Shown here: positions 13,745 to 25,727 of the stretch, in pieces | Numbering within the stretch: position 1 is the stretch's first letter | Layout: each line of letters begins with the position of its first letter | Origin: Gammaproteobacteria bacterium | GTDB lineage: Bacteria; Pseudomonadota; Gammaproteobacteria; Burkholderiales; Gallionellaceae | Assembly: GCA_018819205.1 (NCBI GenBank) | Contig: JAHJQE010000036.1 | Location: 1,587 to 65,586 of the forward strand | Length of the DNA: 64,000 nucleotides | Reading direction: 5' to 3' | Notes under the pieces: generated by a model | Seen by the model: the letters and a program-made list of their open reading frames with translations, nothing else | The model's database searches: none | Told to the model about the DNA's origin: nothing | Translations under genes and position numbers: made by a program

Positions 13745-14356
13745 ATGCCCCATCCTGCTATACAGATACTGATCTGGATGACTCTGGCTGTCTCGGCGCA
13801 GGCCTTGTCCGCATCGGGCTTGCTGCTGCTGACGGTAGTGTTGTTCGCTGCTGCGGCGAAGCTCGATTCGCGCCAACTTTTCAGTTTGATCCGACGAACA
13901 CGCTGGATATTGTTATCACTGCTGGTGGTCTATGCGTACTCGACGCCAGGCATCGCTCTGGTGACCGATCTGGGACGATATTCTCCGACGCTGGAAGGGC
14001 TGTATGACGGATTAATGCAACTGGGGCGATTGCTATCCATGTTGTGCGGGTTGGCAATCCTGTTGTCGCTGTTGACTCAGTCGCAATTCATCAGCGGTAT
14101 CCATGCACTGGCATATCCGCTGAACTGGTTCGGTGGGTCGCGCGAACGCGTTGCCGTGCGGCTGGCATTGACTCTGCAATATGCCGAACCGACCATGCGG
14201 GATACGGCAGCAGACTGGAGGGGAGCCATTACCGCCGCTTTGCAGCCGCCCTTGGAAGCCGAGCGGCATGTGATACTCGATAGCGATACTCTTAAGGCAG
14301 TAGATGGTGTTTGTGTGCTGTTGTGTGCGGCGCTACTTTATGGGGTCTGGAGATGA
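13745..14356 (+). CDS. ECF transporter T-component-like (CbiQ family) membrane protein
   Basis: Hydrophobic N-half, ERVAVRLALTLQYAE resembling EcfT coupling helix; no ATPase partner adjacent. Confidence 0.6.
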   Translation: MPHPAIQILIWMTLAVSAQALSASGLLLLTVVLFAAAAKLDSRQLFSLIRRTRWILLSLLVVYAYSTPGIALVTDLGRYSPTLEGLYDGLMQLGRLLSMLCGLAILLSLLTQSQFISGIHALAYPLNWFGGSRERVAVRLALTLQYAEPTMRDTAADWRGAITAALQPPLEAERHVILDSDTLKAVDGVCVLLCAALLYGVWR

Positions 14357-15135
14357 GGATCGCCCTCGGTGTGGAATATGACGGCAGTCGCTATCACGGC
14401 TGGCAGAGCCAGCCGGATATGGCGAACGTGCAAGATGCATTACAGGACGCGCTGTCGGCCATTGCCTGCGAACGGATAAGCATCATTGCGGCGGGACGTA
14501 CCGATACCGGCGTGCACGCACTGGAGCAGGTGGTGCATTTCGATACTTCCACGGTTCGCCAGCTCATGGCCTGGGTGCGCGGCTGCAATGCGCTGCTGCC
14601 TGCTGGTATCGCGGTGCTATGGGCGCATGAGGTGAGCGATGAGTTCCACGCGCGCTTCTCTGCGTACTCGCGCAGTTATCAGTACGTATTGATCAATCGT
14701 CCCACGCGGCTGGCCGTGCATGCGGGCAAAGCAGGCTGGTTCCATGTGCCGCTGGATGTGGTGGCGATGCAGGAAGCGGCGGATCATCTGTTGGGCGAGC
14801 ATGATTTCAGCGCATTCCGCGCGTCGCAGTGCCAGGCCAAATCGCCGATCAAGACGCTGGCAAAGCTGGAGATCCGGCAACAGGGCGAAACGATCATCTT
14901 CAACCTGACCGCGAACGCTTTCCTGCATCACATGGTGCGCAACATCGTCGGCTGTCTGGTGTATGTCGGCAAAGGCAAATATCCGCCCGAGTGGATGAAG
15001 CAGATCCTTGCATCCCGTGAGCGCAAGCTGGCTGCGCCGACATTCATGCCGGACGGCCTCTATCTGCGTCACATCGGTTACGACGCTAAGTGGGGGCTGC
15101 CGCAAGGTACAATGCCGCCCTCGGAAAACGACTGA
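14353..15135 (+). CDS. truA: tRNA pseudouridine(38-40) synthase
   Basis: [32 protein letters not shown]. Confidence 0.98.
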   Translation: MRIALGVEYDGSRYHGWQSQPDMANVQDALQDALSAIACERISIIAAGRTDTGVHALEQVVHFDTSTVRQLMAWVRGCNALLPAGIAVLWAHEVSDEFHARFSAYSRSYQYVLINRPTRLAVHAGKAGWFHVPLDVVAMQEAADHLLGEHDFSAFRASQCQAKSPIKTLAKLEIRQQGETIIFNLTANAFLHHMVRNIVGCLVYVGKGKYPPEWMKQILASRERKLAAPTFMPDGLYLRHIGYDAKWGLPQGTMPPSEND

Positions 15136-15142
15136 ATCCCCG

Positions 15143-15772
15143 ATGACCCGGATCAAGATATGCGGTATCACCCGTGAACAAGACCTGCTGGCTGCGGTGG
15201 CGGCAGGGGCGGATGCGCTCGGTTTCGTGTTCTATGCCAAAAGTCCGCGCAATATCGATACACGGCAGGCTGCTGAGCTGCTTGCAGTATTGCCCCCTTT
15301 CGTGACCAGTGTCGGTCTGTTCGTCGATCCTTCGGCCGATATGGTGCGTGAGGTACTGGCGCAAGCGCCGCTGGATGTGTTGCAGTTCCATGGCGATGAA
15401 ACGCCGGAATTCTGCCGTCAGTTCGGGCGCCCTTATTTGAAGGCGATACGCGTCAGGGCGGGGGTGGATTTGGTAGAATGCGCGGCCCGTTACGCGGATG
15501 CTCAGGGGCTGTTGCTGGATGCCTATGTGCAAGGCGTGCAGGGTGGCACCGGTGAGTCGTTCGACTGGGGGTTGATCCCGCAAGACTTGTCTTTGCCGGT
15601 GATCCTTTCCGGCGGGCTGCATCCCGGCAATGTGGCCGCAGCGGTGCAACAGGTACGGCCTTATGCGGTGGACGTGTCCAGCGGTGTCGAGGCAGGCAAA
15701 GGTATAAAGGATGCGGCGAAGGTCGCCGCATTCATCAAAGAGGTTAAGAACGTTGACATACAGTTATCCTGA
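15143..15772 (+). CDS. trpF: Phosphoribosylanthranilate isomerase
   Basis: [31 protein letters not shown]. Confidence 0.98.
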   Translation: MTRIKICGITREQDLLAAVAAGADALGFVFYAKSPRNIDTRQAAELLAVLPPFVTSVGLFVDPSADMVREVLAQAPLDVLQFHGDETPEFCRQFGRPYLKAIRVRAGVDLVECAARYADAQGLLLDAYVQGVQGGTGESFDWGLIPQDLSLPVILSGGLHPGNVAAAVQQVRPYAVDVSSGVEAGKGIKDAAKVAAFIKEVKNVDIQLS

Positions 15773-16952
15773 CCAGCAAGGTCACTTCGGCCAGTTCGGC
15801 GGCATCTACATGGCCGAAACGCTGATTCCGGCTGTCGAGGAATTACGCCAGCAGTATCTGCGCTTTCGCGACGATCCGGCGTTCAAGGCCGAGTTCGCCT
15901 ATGAACTCAAGCACTACGTCGGTCGTCCCAGCCCCATCTATCACGCCAAGCGTCTTTCCGACGACTTGGGGGGCGCACAGATCTATCTGAAGCGCGAAGA
16001 CCTGAACCACACCGGCGCGCACAAGATCAACAACGCCATCGGGCAGGCCCTGCTGGCCAAGCGCATGGGCAAGAAACGCGTCATCGCCGAGACCGGTGCG
16101 GGCATGCACGGCGTGGCGACCGCCACCGTGGCGGCGCGCTTTGGCATGGAATGCATCGTCTATATGGGCGCGGAAGACATCCAGCGTCAGGCACCGAACG
16201 TGTTCCGCATGAAGTTGCTGGGCGCGACCGTGGTGCCGGTGGAGAGCGGCTCGCGCACGCTGAAAGATGCGTGCAATGAGGCGATCCGCGACTGGGTCAC
16301 CAACGTTGAATCCACTTTCTATATCTTCGGCACGGCTGCGGGCCCGCACCCGTATCCCATGATGGTGCGCGATTTCCAGTGCGTGATCGGCAACGAGGCC
16401 AAAGTGCAGATGCCGGAGATGATCGGTCGTCAGCCGGATGCGGTGATCGCCTGCGTCGGCGGCGGTTCCAATGCGATCGGTTTGTTCCATCCTTATATCG
16501 AAGTGCCCGATGTGCAAATCATCGGCGTGGAAGCGGGCGGTCACGGCATCGCCAGCGGTCATCATGCCGCGCCGCTCACTGCCAACAGCAAGGTTGGCGT
16601 GTTGCACGGCAACAAGGTTTATCTGATCCAGGACGAGAACGGCCAGATCATCGAGACGCATTCCATCTCGGCCGGACTGGATTATCCCGGCGTCGGTCCC
16701 GAGCATTGTCTGCTGAAAGACATCGGTCGTGCGCAGTATGTCGCGATCAATGACGACGAAGCGCTGGCAGCCTTCGATGCTTTGTGCCGTTTTGAGGGCA
16801 TCATCCCCGCGCTGGAATCCAGCCATGCCTTGGCACACGCGATGAAGATCGCACCGATCATGGGCAAGGACAAAGTCCTGCTGGTGAACCTTTCGGGCCG
16901 CGGCGATAAGGACATGAACACCGTGGCGAAATTGAAAGGCATCACGCTATGA
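15753..16952 (+). CDS. trpB: Tryptophan synthase beta chain (probable TTG start)
   Basis: [32 protein letters not shown]; AAGAGG SD before TTG 15753. Confidence 0.98.
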   Translation: MTYSYPDQQGHFGQFGGIYMAETLIPAVEELRQQYLRFRDDPAFKAEFAYELKHYVGRPSPIYHAKRLSDDLGGAQIYLKREDLNHTGAHKINNAIGQALLAKRMGKKRVIAETGAGMHGVATATVAARFGMECIVYMGAEDIQRQAPNVFRMKLLGATVVPVESGSRTLKDACNEAIRDWVTNVESTFYIFGTAAGPHPYPMMVRDFQCVIGNEAKVQMPEMIGRQPDAVIACVGGGSNAIGLFHPYIEVPDVQIIGVEAGGHGIASGHHAAPLTANSKVGVLHGNKVYLIQDENGQIIETHSISAGLDYPGVGPEHCLLKDIGRAQYVAINDDEALAAFDALCRFEGIIPALESSHALAHAMKIAPIMGKDKVLLVNLSGRGDKDMNTVAKLKGITL

Positions 16953-17755
16953 GTCGTATCGATAAAACTTTCGACAAGCTCAAGCAGCAACAACGCAAAG
17001 CGCTCATTCCCTTCATCACCGCCGGTGATCCTTCGCGGCAACTCACCGTGCCGCTGATGCACGGGCTGGTGGCGGCAGGGGCGGATGTGCTCGAACTGGG
17101 CGTGCCGTTCTCCGATCCGATGGCCGATGGCCCGACCATCCAGCGCGCTTCCGAGCGTGCGCTCAAGAACGGTACGACACTGCGCGGCGTACTGGACATG
17201 GTGGCCGAATTCCGCAAGCAGGACACGACCACGCCGGTGGTGCTGATGGGTTACGGCAATCCCATCGAGGCCATGGGTTGGGAAGCGTTCGCCCAGCGTT
17301 GTGCCGAGGTCGGTGTGGACGGGGCGTTGACCGTGGACTTCCCGCCAGAAGAGAGCCACGAGGCCTTCGAGCATCTGCAAGCGCATGGCATAGCACCTAT
17401 CTTCCTGCTCGCGCCGACCACCAATGAGGCGCGTATCGAACAGGTCGCCAAACTGGCGCGCGGTTATGTGTACTACGTCTCGCTCAAGGGCGTGACCGGT
17501 GCGGGCAATCTGGACTTGACAGCCATCGCTGAAAAGCTGCCGCAACTGCGCAAGCACATCAAACTGCCCATCGGTGTCGGTTTCGGCATCCGTGATGCGG
17601 CAACTGCCCGCGCGGTAGCGAAGCTGTGCGACGGTGTGGTGGTGGGCAGCCGCATTGTGCAGGAAGTTGAAGATTCGAATGAACAGAATGTGGTCGCCAA
17701 CGTCGGACGTTTGGTGCAAGAATTGCGCGTAGCGATAGATAACGAGAAGGAGTAA
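16949..17755 (+). CDS. trpA: Tryptophan synthase alpha chain
   Basis: [29 protein letters not shown]. Confidence 0.99.
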   Translation: MSRIDKTFDKLKQQQRKALIPFITAGDPSRQLTVPLMHGLVAAGADVLELGVPFSDPMADGPTIQRASERALKNGTTLRGVLDMVAEFRKQDTTTPVVLMGYGNPIEAMGWEAFAQRCAEVGVDGALTVDFPPEESHEAFEHLQAHGIAPIFLLAPTTNEARIEQVAKLARGYVYYVSLKGVTGAGNLDLTAIAEKLPQLRKHIKLPIGVGFGIRDAATARAVAKLCDGVVVGSRIVQEVEDSNEQNVVANVGRLVQELRVAIDNEKE

Positions 17756-17758
17756 ATC

Positions 17759-18643
17759 ATGGGATGGTTCCAAAAGCTGTTGCCGCCGAAGATCAAGCGC
17801 CGTGAAGGCGAGGATGCCAAGAAGAACGTGCCGGAAGGCTTGTGGTTCAAGTGTCCTGAATGCCAGGCCGTGCTGTATCACGCAGATCTGGAAAAGAACC
17901 ATAGTGTCTGCCCGAAATGTAACCACCATCACCGCATCACCGCGCGCACGCGTCTGAACTGGCTGCTGGATAGCGAAGGCCGCTTCGAGATCGGTTCCGA
18001 GGTGTTGTCGGTCGATACCCTGAAATTCAAGGACCAGAAGAAATACAGCGACCGCTTGGTCGAGGCCAAGAAGAAGACCGACGAGGACGATGCGCTGATC
18101 GTGCTGCAAGGCAGCATCCATGCCTTGCCCGTGGTGGCAGCTTCGTTCGAGTTCAATTTCATGGGCGGCTCGATGGGCTCCGTCGTCGGCGAGCGTTTCG
18201 TGCGCGGCGTGCAAGTCGCGCTGGAGCAGCAATGCCCCTTCATCTGTTTCTCCGCCAGCGGCGGCGCGCGTATGCAGGAAGGTCTGTTGTCGCTGATGCA
18301 GATGGCCAAGACCAGCGCCGCGCTCACACAATTGAGCGAAGCAAAACTGCCGTTCATCTCCGTGCTGACCGACCCGACCATGGGCGGCGTGTCGGCCAGT
18401 TTTGCTTTCCTGGGTGACGTGGTCATCGCCGAACCAGGCGCACTGATCGGCTTCGCCGGAGCGCGCGTGATCCAGCAGACCGTGCGCGAGACCCTGCCTG
18501 AAGGTTTCCAGCGTGCCGAGTTCCTGCTCGAGCACGGTGCCATTGACATGATCGTCGACCGCCGCCAGATGCGTGACCAACTGGCGACCCTGATCACCCT
18601 GCTGACCAAGCAGGATGCCGTGGCCAAGCTGGAGGCGGCGTAA
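17759..18643 (+). CDS. accD: Acetyl-CoA carboxylase carboxyltransferase beta
   Basis: C4 zinc finger, [24 protein letters not shown]. Confidence 0.99.
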   Translation: MGWFQKLLPPKIKRREGEDAKKNVPEGLWFKCPECQAVLYHADLEKNHSVCPKCNHHHRITARTRLNWLLDSEGRFEIGSEVLSVDTLKFKDQKKYSDRLVEAKKKTDEDDALIVLQGSIHALPVVAASFEFNFMGGSMGSVVGERFVRGVQVALEQQCPFICFSASGGARMQEGLLSLMQMAKTSAALTQLSEAKLPFISVLTDPTMGGVSASFAFLGDVVIAEPGALIGFAGARVIQQTVRETLPEGFQRAEFLLEHGAIDMIVDRRQMRDQLATLITLLTKQDAVAKLEAA

Positions 18644-18654
18644 TCTTCAGTATC

Positions 18655-18685
18655 AACGGCCGACATTCCCGTCGGCCGTTCTTTT
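18655..18685 (+). terminator. Terminator-like hairpin between accD and folC
   Basis: AACGGCCGAC-ATTCCC-GTCGGCCGTT then CTTTT. Confidence 0.55.
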
Positions 18686-18697
18686 GCCAGTAATGAA

Positions 18698-20041
18698 ATG
18701 CCCAAATCCCTAGCCGACTGGCTGACCCATCTCGAATCCCTGCATCCAAAAACCATCGCGCTCGGACTGGAGCGTGTAGCGCAAGTCAAACAACGTCTCG
18801 ATCTGGAGCCTGACTTTCCCGTCATCGTCGTCGGCGGTACCAACGGCAAAGGCTCTGTGTGTGCGATGCTCGAATCTATCCTGCATGCGGCGGGCTACAA
18901 AGTCGGCTGCTATACCTCGCCGCATCTGTTGCGTTACAACGAGCGGGTACGCATCGCCAAGCAACAGGCGAGCGATGCGGAGCTGTGCGCTTCGTTCGAG
19001 GCGATTGAGTTGGCTCGCAAAGGGCGGCAGGATTCTGGCGATTCATCCCACACCCCAACCCTCTCCCAGAGGGAGAGGGGGCAATCGCAAGAAGCACTCG
19101 ATATTCCCTTGACCTATTTCGAATTCGGCACGCTGGCCGCGATGCAGTGTTTCATGGCGCACAAGGTGGATGTTGCCATCCTCGAGGTCGGCTTGGGCGG
19201 CAGGCTGGATGCGGTGAACGTGTTCGATGCAGATTGCGCGCTGGTGACCAGCGTGGATATCGACCACGTCGATTATCTGGGCGATACACGCGAGCAGATC
19301 GCCTTCGAGAAAGCGGGCATCTTCCGTGCTGGCAAGGTGGCGATCTGTGCCGACAGTGACGTGCCGCCTGCCTTGCGTGCGCATGCGCAGCAGATCGGGG
19401 CGGAACTATGGTGTATCGGCAGTGAGTTCGGGCTGCGTGCGCATCAGGGGCAATGGGACTATTTCGGCAAGTCAGGCAAACGCAGTGCCTTGCCTTATCC
19501 GGCATTGCGCGGTGCTTTCCAGTTACAGAACGCCAGCGCAGTATTGGCTGCGCTGGATGTGCTGAAATCTGAATTGCCTGTCGGCATGGAGGCGGTGCGC
19601 CGAGGTCTGGTCGAAGTTGAATTGGCGGGGCGTTTCCAGTTCGTGCCCGGCAAGCCGCAATGGATACTGGACGTGGCACACAACCCCCAGGCGGCCCGTT
19701 CGCTGGCGCAGAATCTGGAAAATCTTCCTCCCGCAAAGACGTTCGCCTTATTCGCCATGCTCAAGGACAAGGATATGGCTGGTGTGGTGCAGGCACTGGA
19801 TGCTCAGATCGATGTGTGGCTGGTTGCGACTATTGATGCGCCACGCGGCGCGCAGGCGCAGGAATTGGCCCAAGTGTTGAGGGAATTTCCTGTCAGGGGT
19901 GAGGTCATCGTTTGCGGTTGCATTGAAAATGCGCTGAATGAGGCCAGCAAACGGGCGGGTGAAAATGATAGAATCGCGGCCCTCGGTTCCTTCTATACAG
20001 TGGCGGAAGTGATGCACCTGCGCAAAGTGCGCGTTATCTGA
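18698..20041 (+). CDS. folC: Dihydrofolate/folylpolyglutamate synthase with ~27-aa insertion
   Basis: GTNGKGS, YTSPHL, TYFEFGT, EVGLGGRLDA, DVAHNP. Confidence 0.97.
   Translation: MPKSLADWLTHLESLHPKTIALGLERVAQVKQRLDLEPDFPVIVVGGTNGKGSVCAMLESILHAAGYKVGCYTSPHLLRYNERVRIAKQQASDAELCASFEAIELARKGRQDSGDSSHTPTLSQRERGQSQEALDIPLTYFEFGTLAAMQCFMAHKVDVAILEVGLGGRLDAVNVFDADCALVTSVDIDHVDYLGDTREQIAFEKAGIFRAGKVAICADSDVPPALRAHAQQIGAELWCIGSEFGLRAHQGQWDYFGKSGKRSALPYPALRGAFQLQNASAVLAALDVLKSELPVGMEAVRRGLVEVELAGRFQFVPGKPQWILDVAHNPQAARSLAQNLENLPPAKTFALFAMLKDKDMAGVVQALDAQIDVWLVATIDAPRGAQAQELAQVLREFPVRGEVIVCGCIENALNEASKRAGENDRIAALGSFYTVAEVMHLRKVRVI
19046..19080. repeat. BoxC/REP-like palindrome inside folC
   Basis: CCCACACCCCAA followed by CCCTCTCCC-AGA-GGGAGAGGG, perfect 9-bp stem (19059-19079). 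Confidence 0.8.
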
Positions 20042-20058
20042 GTTTTCCGGTATTCACC

Positions 20059-20673
20059 ATGGCCAAACAGATCAATACGGACGAAGAATTCAAGTTGAAG
20101 AGGCAGGCACGTCATCGTCTGATAGGTGCCGTGGCGCTGATGTTGGCCATCGTCATCTTCCTGCCCATGGTGTTTGACAGTGAGCCTGGCGTGAACGTAG
20201 GCAACATCGAGTTGCGTATTCCGGACAAAACCGAGGTGGATGCATTCCGCCCAGAGGTGACAGTCGATCAGACAGCGGTGCAGGCAGCCAGCGCCGTCAT
20301 AAATCCCGCCCCGGCAAAGGCCGAAGCGCCTGTTGCCGCTGACAAGGCGAACCCTGCCGAGCAAAAGGTCGTAGTGGCGCCAGTCGCACCCAAAGTAGTG
20401 AAACCGACCCAATCCGCTCCCAAGACTGCGTCACCCAAGAAGATCGCGCCGCCATCAGGCTGGGTGTTGCAGGTCGGCGCCTATTCTCGCGAAGAGGCCG
20501 GGCGACAGATGCTGGATAATCTTAAAAAACGCGGCTTCCCAGCATATACCGAGAAGGTCTCCGGCATGCTGCGCGTGCGTGTGGGCGGCTATCCTTCCCG
20601 TGATGCGGCAGAAAAAGTGAAGCAAAAACTGGAGGCTATCGGCCTGCAACCTAACATGATCAATCCGGAATAG
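20059..20673 (+). CDS. dedD: SPOR-domain cell division protein DedD
   Basis: RHRLIGAVAL N-terminal TM, Pro/Ala linker, WVLQVGAY SPOR domain; folC-dedD-cvpA-purF synteny. Confidence 0.88.
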   Translation: MAKQINTDEEFKLKRQARHRLIGAVALMLAIVIFLPMVFDSEPGVNVGNIELRIPDKTEVDAFRPEVTVDQTAVQAASAVINPAPAKAEAPVAADKANPAEQKVVVAPVAPKVVKPTQSAPKTASPKKIAPPSGWVLQVGAYSREEAGRQMLDNLKKRGFPAYTEKVSGMLRVRVGGYPSRDAAEKVKQKLEAIGLQPNMINPE

Positions 20674-20678
20674 GGTGC

Positions 20679-21158
20679 ATGTCGTTCTTTGATATTGCCG
20701 TACTGGTGGTCATTGCGTTGTCTGCGTTGCTCGGTTGGTGGCGTGGCTTCATGTACGAACTGTTCTCGCTGTTAGGCTGGATAGCTGCCTATATCGCGGC
20801 GACCACCATGTCGGATCAGGTACTGCCTTACATACCTGAGGCCATCAAGGTGGAGGCGATACGCTCTGCGGCGGCCTTTGCACTGGTATTTGTGGTGACG
20901 CTGATCGTGGCAGCTGTGTTTGCATGGCTCCTGTCCAAGCTGACCAAATTCGCCGGACTCGGGGGGCTGGACGGGAAGTTCGGCGTCATGTTCGGTGTGT
21001 TGCGAGGACTGCTGGTGGTACTTGCATTGGTATGGATAGGCGGCTTGACAAGTCTGCCTGAGAAACGCTGGTGGAAGGAAGCATTGACCAGTAAGCCTCT
21101 GCATCAGGTCGCTATGTACGCACGTGACTATCTGCCGACGCAGACGGCGCGACGCTAA
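20679..21158 (+). CDS. cvpA: CvpA family membrane protein
   Basis: [27 protein letters not shown]; position before purF. Confidence 0.93.
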   Translation: MSFFDIAVLVVIALSALLGWWRGFMYELFSLLGWIAAYIAATTMSDQVLPYIPEAIKVEAIRSAAAFALVFVVTLIVAAVFAWLLSKLTKFAGLGGLDGKFGVMFGVLRGLLVVLALVWIGGLTSLPEKRWWKEALTSKPLHQVAMYARDYLPTQTARR

Positions 21159-21189
21159 ACGATTAAATTCACAGGAAACGGGAAACGAT

Positions 21190-22716
<1,527 letters not shown>

Positions 22717-22717
22717 G

Positions 22718-22747
22718 TTGACGAAGCAAGGCGGGGAGTGCTACTTT
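22718..22747 (+). promoter_or_regulatory. Putative sigma70 promoter of the metZ leader
   Basis: TTGACG-N18-TACTTT with extended -10 TG, just upstream of the aptamer. Confidence 0.55.
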
Positions 22748-22751
22748 CCGA

Positions 22752-22806
22752 TTGCGCCGATTTGAGGAACAGCTTGCGGGCGCTATATAAATCCAGCTAA
22801 AGCGGG
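22752..22806 (+). ncRNA. SAM-II riboswitch aptamer
   Basis: TTGCGCCGATTT...CTTGCGGGCGC...ATAAATCCAGCTAAAGCGGG follows the SAM-II pattern GCGC-GAUUU...UUGC--GCGC...AAAU---GCUAAA; lies upstream of a Met biosynthesis gene. Confidence 0.85.
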
Positions 22807-22808
22807 CG

Positions 22809-22842
22809 AACCCGGTTTAGCGTCAAGCTTTCCGGGTTTTTT
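22809..22842 (+). terminator. Intrinsic terminator forming the riboswitch expression platform
   Basis: AACCCGG...CCGGGTT stem followed by T run, upstream of metZ SD. Confidence 0.65.
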
Positions 22843-22876
22843 GTTGCGCGAGCGGTGGGCCGCGCGGGAGGTGATG

Positions 22877-24046
22877 ATGTCTGACAATGAATACCAGCTT
22901 GAGACCTTGGCCGTCAGGGCAGGGCGTGTGCAAACCCCTTTCATGGAACATGGCGAGGCGATGTTCCTGACCTCGAGTTTCACTTTCGATAACGCTGCAC
23001 AGGCCGCCCGGCGCTTCATCGGCGAAGAGCCGGGCAACATCTATGCGCGCTTCACCAATCCCACGACCAGCATGTTCGAGGAAAGACTGGCTGCGCTGGA
23101 AGGGGCGGAGCAGTGCGTGGCGACATCCAGCGGCATGGCCGCCATCCTGTCGTGTGGCATGGGTTTGCTGAAAGCGGGGGACCACATCGTCGCCTCGCGC
23201 AGCCTGTTCGGTTCGACAATCAACCTGTTCAACAACTACTTCAAGAAGTTCGGCGTGGAGACGACTTACGTCTCGGCTACCGATGTGGCGGAATGGCAGG
23301 CAGCGGTGCGTCCGAACACCAAGCTGTTCTTCCTCGAGACGCCATCCAACCCGCTGACCGAAATCTCAGATATCGCAGCCATCGCGGCCATCGCCAAAGG
23401 CTGCGGTGCCTTGCTGGCGGTGGATAACTGTTTCTGCACGCCCATCCTGCAGCGCCCGCTGGAACTGGGTGCGGACATCGTCATCCATTCCGCCACAAAG
23501 TACATCGACGGACAGGGACGCGTGCTGGGCGGCGCGGTGCTGGGCAGCAAGAAACTGATGGAGCCGGTGTACGGTTTCCTGCGTACCGCAGGACCGACCA
23601 TGAGCGCGTTCAACGCCTGGGTGTTCCTCAAGGGTCTGGAGACGCTCAAGCTGCGCATGGAGGCGCACAGCACCAATGCCTTGCAGCTGGCGCAATGGCT
23701 GGAGCAGCAGCCCAACGTGGCACGGGTGCTTTATCCCGGCCTGCCGTCGCATCCGCAACATGCGCTGGCGATGAAGCAGCAGAAGACCGGCGGCGGCATC
23801 GTGGCGTTCGAAGTGAAGGGCGGCAAGGAAGCGGCATGGCGCGTGATCGACAACACCAAGCTGTTGTCGATTACTGCCAATCTGGGTGATACCAAGACCA
23901 CCATCACTCATCCGGCCACCACCACTCACGCGCGCATCACACCGGAAGCCAGAGCGGCGGCAGGCATCACAGATGGCCTGATCCGCATTGCGGTCGGCCT
24001 GGAGGCGGTGGTCGACATCCAGAACGATCTCGCAAGAGGATTGTGA
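22877..24046 (+). CDS. metZ: O-succinylhomoserine sulfhydrylase
   Basis: YARFTNPT, HSATKYIDGQGR PLP lysine, ANLGDTKT; GGAGG SD; start could be 22874. Confidence 0.95.
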   Translation: MSDNEYQLETLAVRAGRVQTPFMEHGEAMFLTSSFTFDNAAQAARRFIGEEPGNIYARFTNPTTSMFEERLAALEGAEQCVATSSGMAAILSCGMGLLKAGDHIVASRSLFGSTINLFNNYFKKFGVETTYVSATDVAEWQAAVRPNTKLFFLETPSNPLTEISDIAAIAAIAKGCGALLAVDNCFCTPILQRPLELGADIVIHSATKYIDGQGRVLGGAVLGSKKLMEPVYGFLRTAGPTMSAFNAWVFLKGLETLKLRMEAHSTNALQLAQWLEQQPNVARVLYPGLPSHPQHALAMKQQKTGGGIVAFEVKGGKEAAWRVIDNTKLLSITANLGDTKTTITHPATTTHARITPEARAAAGITDGLIRIAVGLEAVVDIQNDLARGL

Positions 24047-24537
24047 TGGACGCGTTGGCGGCACAGGTCGGCGGGGCACTCAAGGCGCACGGCATGATGC
24101 TGGCAACGGCAGAATCATGCACCGGTGGTGGAATCGCGCAGGCAGTCACCAGTATCGCCGGCAGTTCTGCCTGGTTCGACCGCGGTTTTGTCACTTATAC
24201 CAACCTGTCCAAGCAGCAGATGCTGGGCGTGCTGGAGTCCACACTGATCACCTATGGCGCAGTGTCGGAGGCGGTCGTGCGCGAGATGGCAGAGGGCGTG
24301 CTGCGCAACAGTACGGCGCAGGTGTCGCTGGCGGTGAGCGGCATCGCAGGTCCTGACGGCGGTACACCGGACAAGCCGGTCGGTACGGTCTGGTTCGCCT
24401 GGGCGTTTGCCGACGGCGTCATCACGACAGCGCATCACCAGTTTTCTGGCGATCGGAACGAGGTGAGAGCGCAGGCGGTGCGAGTGGCGTTGCAGGGTGT
24501 ACTTGAGCGGCTGTCACAAAATACCCTCTCCGCATAA
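24046..24537 (+). CDS. pncC: CinA C-terminal domain / NMN amidohydrolase
   Basis: [29 protein letters not shown]. Confidence 0.9.
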   Translation: MDALAAQVGGALKAHGMMLATAESCTGGGIAQAVTSIAGSSAWFDRGFVTYTNLSKQQMLGVLESTLITYGAVSEAVVREMAEGVLRNSTAQVSLAVSGIAGPDGGTPDKPVGTVWFAWAFADGVITTAHHQFSGDRNEVRAQAVRVALQGVLERLSQNTLSA

Positions 24538-24541
24538 AAAA

Positions 24542-24553
24542 GAACGAACGTTC
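24542..24553. promoter_or_regulatory. Non-canonical LexA box GAACGAACGTTC
   Basis: GAAC-N4-GTTC palindrome 60 bp upstream of recA; same as the motif I recall reported for Sideroxydans LexA. Confidence 0.8.
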
Positions 24554-24613
24554 TGTACAACGCGAAAACGTTGTGCAACAATCCGCTCCGAAATTTTCCC
24601 AAGGAGATCGAAC

Positions 24614-25633
24614 ATGGATGACAACAAAAGCAAGGCTCTCGCGGCGGCACTGAGCCAGATCGAAAAACAATTCGGCAAGGGTTCCATCATGCGCCTCGGC
24701 GAGAGTGATGTAGCCAAGGACATCGAGGTCGTCTCCACCGGCTCGCTCGGTCTGGACATCGCGCTGGGTGTGGGCGGTCTGCCGCGCGGCCGTGTGGTCG
24801 AGATCTACGGCCCGGAATCGTCCGGCAAGACTACACTGACCTTGCAGGTTATCGCCGAGATGCAAAAGCTGGGCGGCACTGCGGCTTTCATCGATGCAGA
24901 GCATGCTCTCGATCCTCAATATGCACAGAAGCTGGGAGTGAAGGTGGAAGATCTGCTGATCTCGCAACCTGACAACGGTGAACAGGCGCTGGAGATCGCC
25001 GACATGCTGGTGCGCTCCAGTTCGGTAGATGTGGTGGTGATCGACTCTGTCGCTGCATTGACGCCGCGCGCCGAGATCGAGGGCGAGATGGGTGATTCGC
25101 AGATGGGGCTGCATGCCCGCCTGATGTCACAAGCCCTGCGCAAACTCACCGCCAACATCAAGCGCTCCAACACGCTGGTCATCTTCATCAACCAGATTCG
25201 CATGAAGATCGGTGTGATGTTCGGCAATCCCGAAACCACCACCGGTGGCAATGCACTCAAGTTCTACGCCTCGGTGCGACTGGACATCCGACGCACCGGT
25301 TCGATCAAGAAGGGTGACGAGGTGATCGGCAACGAGACCCGCGTCAAGGTGGTGAAGAACAAGGTCGCGCCGCCGTTCAAGGAAGCGCATTTCGACATCC
25401 TGTACGGGGAAGGCATCTCGCGCGAGGGCGAGATCGTCGAGCTGGGTGTTCAGAACAAGATCGTTGAGAAGTCCGGCGCTTGGTATGCCTACAACGGCGA
25501 GAAGATCGGGCAGGGCAAGGACAATGCGCGCGAGTTCCTGCGTAACAATCCAGAGATCGCCATCGAGATTGAGAATCGCGTCCGCGAATCTCTGGGAGTC
25601 AATGCCTTATCAACGGCTGCGAGCGAAGATTGA
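24614..25633 (+). CDS. recA: Recombinase RecA
   Basis: [22 protein letters not shown]; AAGGAG SD. Confidence 0.99.
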   Translation: MDDNKSKALAAALSQIEKQFGKGSIMRLGESDVAKDIEVVSTGSLGLDIALGVGGLPRGRVVEIYGPESSGKTTLTLQVIAEMQKLGGTAAFIDAEHALDPQYAQKLGVKVEDLLISQPDNGEQALEIADMLVRSSSVDVVVIDSVAALTPRAEIEGEMGDSQMGLHARLMSQALRKLTANIKRSNTLVIFINQIRMKIGVMFGNPETTTGGNALKFYASVRLDIRRTGSIKKGDEVIGNETRVKVVKNKVAPPFKEAHFDILYGEGISREGEIVELGVQNKIVEKSGAWYAYNGEKIGQGKDNAREFLRNNPEIAIEIENRVRESLGVNALSTAASED

Positions 25634-25727
25634 TGACCGGTTCGGATGCGATTTCGGCGGAGGCTCATATGCGCGAAGCGCATGTGAAAGCCGCGCATGC
25701 GGCTGGCCGGAACCAAAATCGCGTCCG
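25574..25727. mobile_element. 143-bp structured insertion or element scar at 11-bp direct repeat AATCGCGTCCG in recA 3' end
   Basis: Repeat at 25574-25584 and 25717-25727; internal hairpins at 25665-25687 and 25689-25704. Confidence 0.6.
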
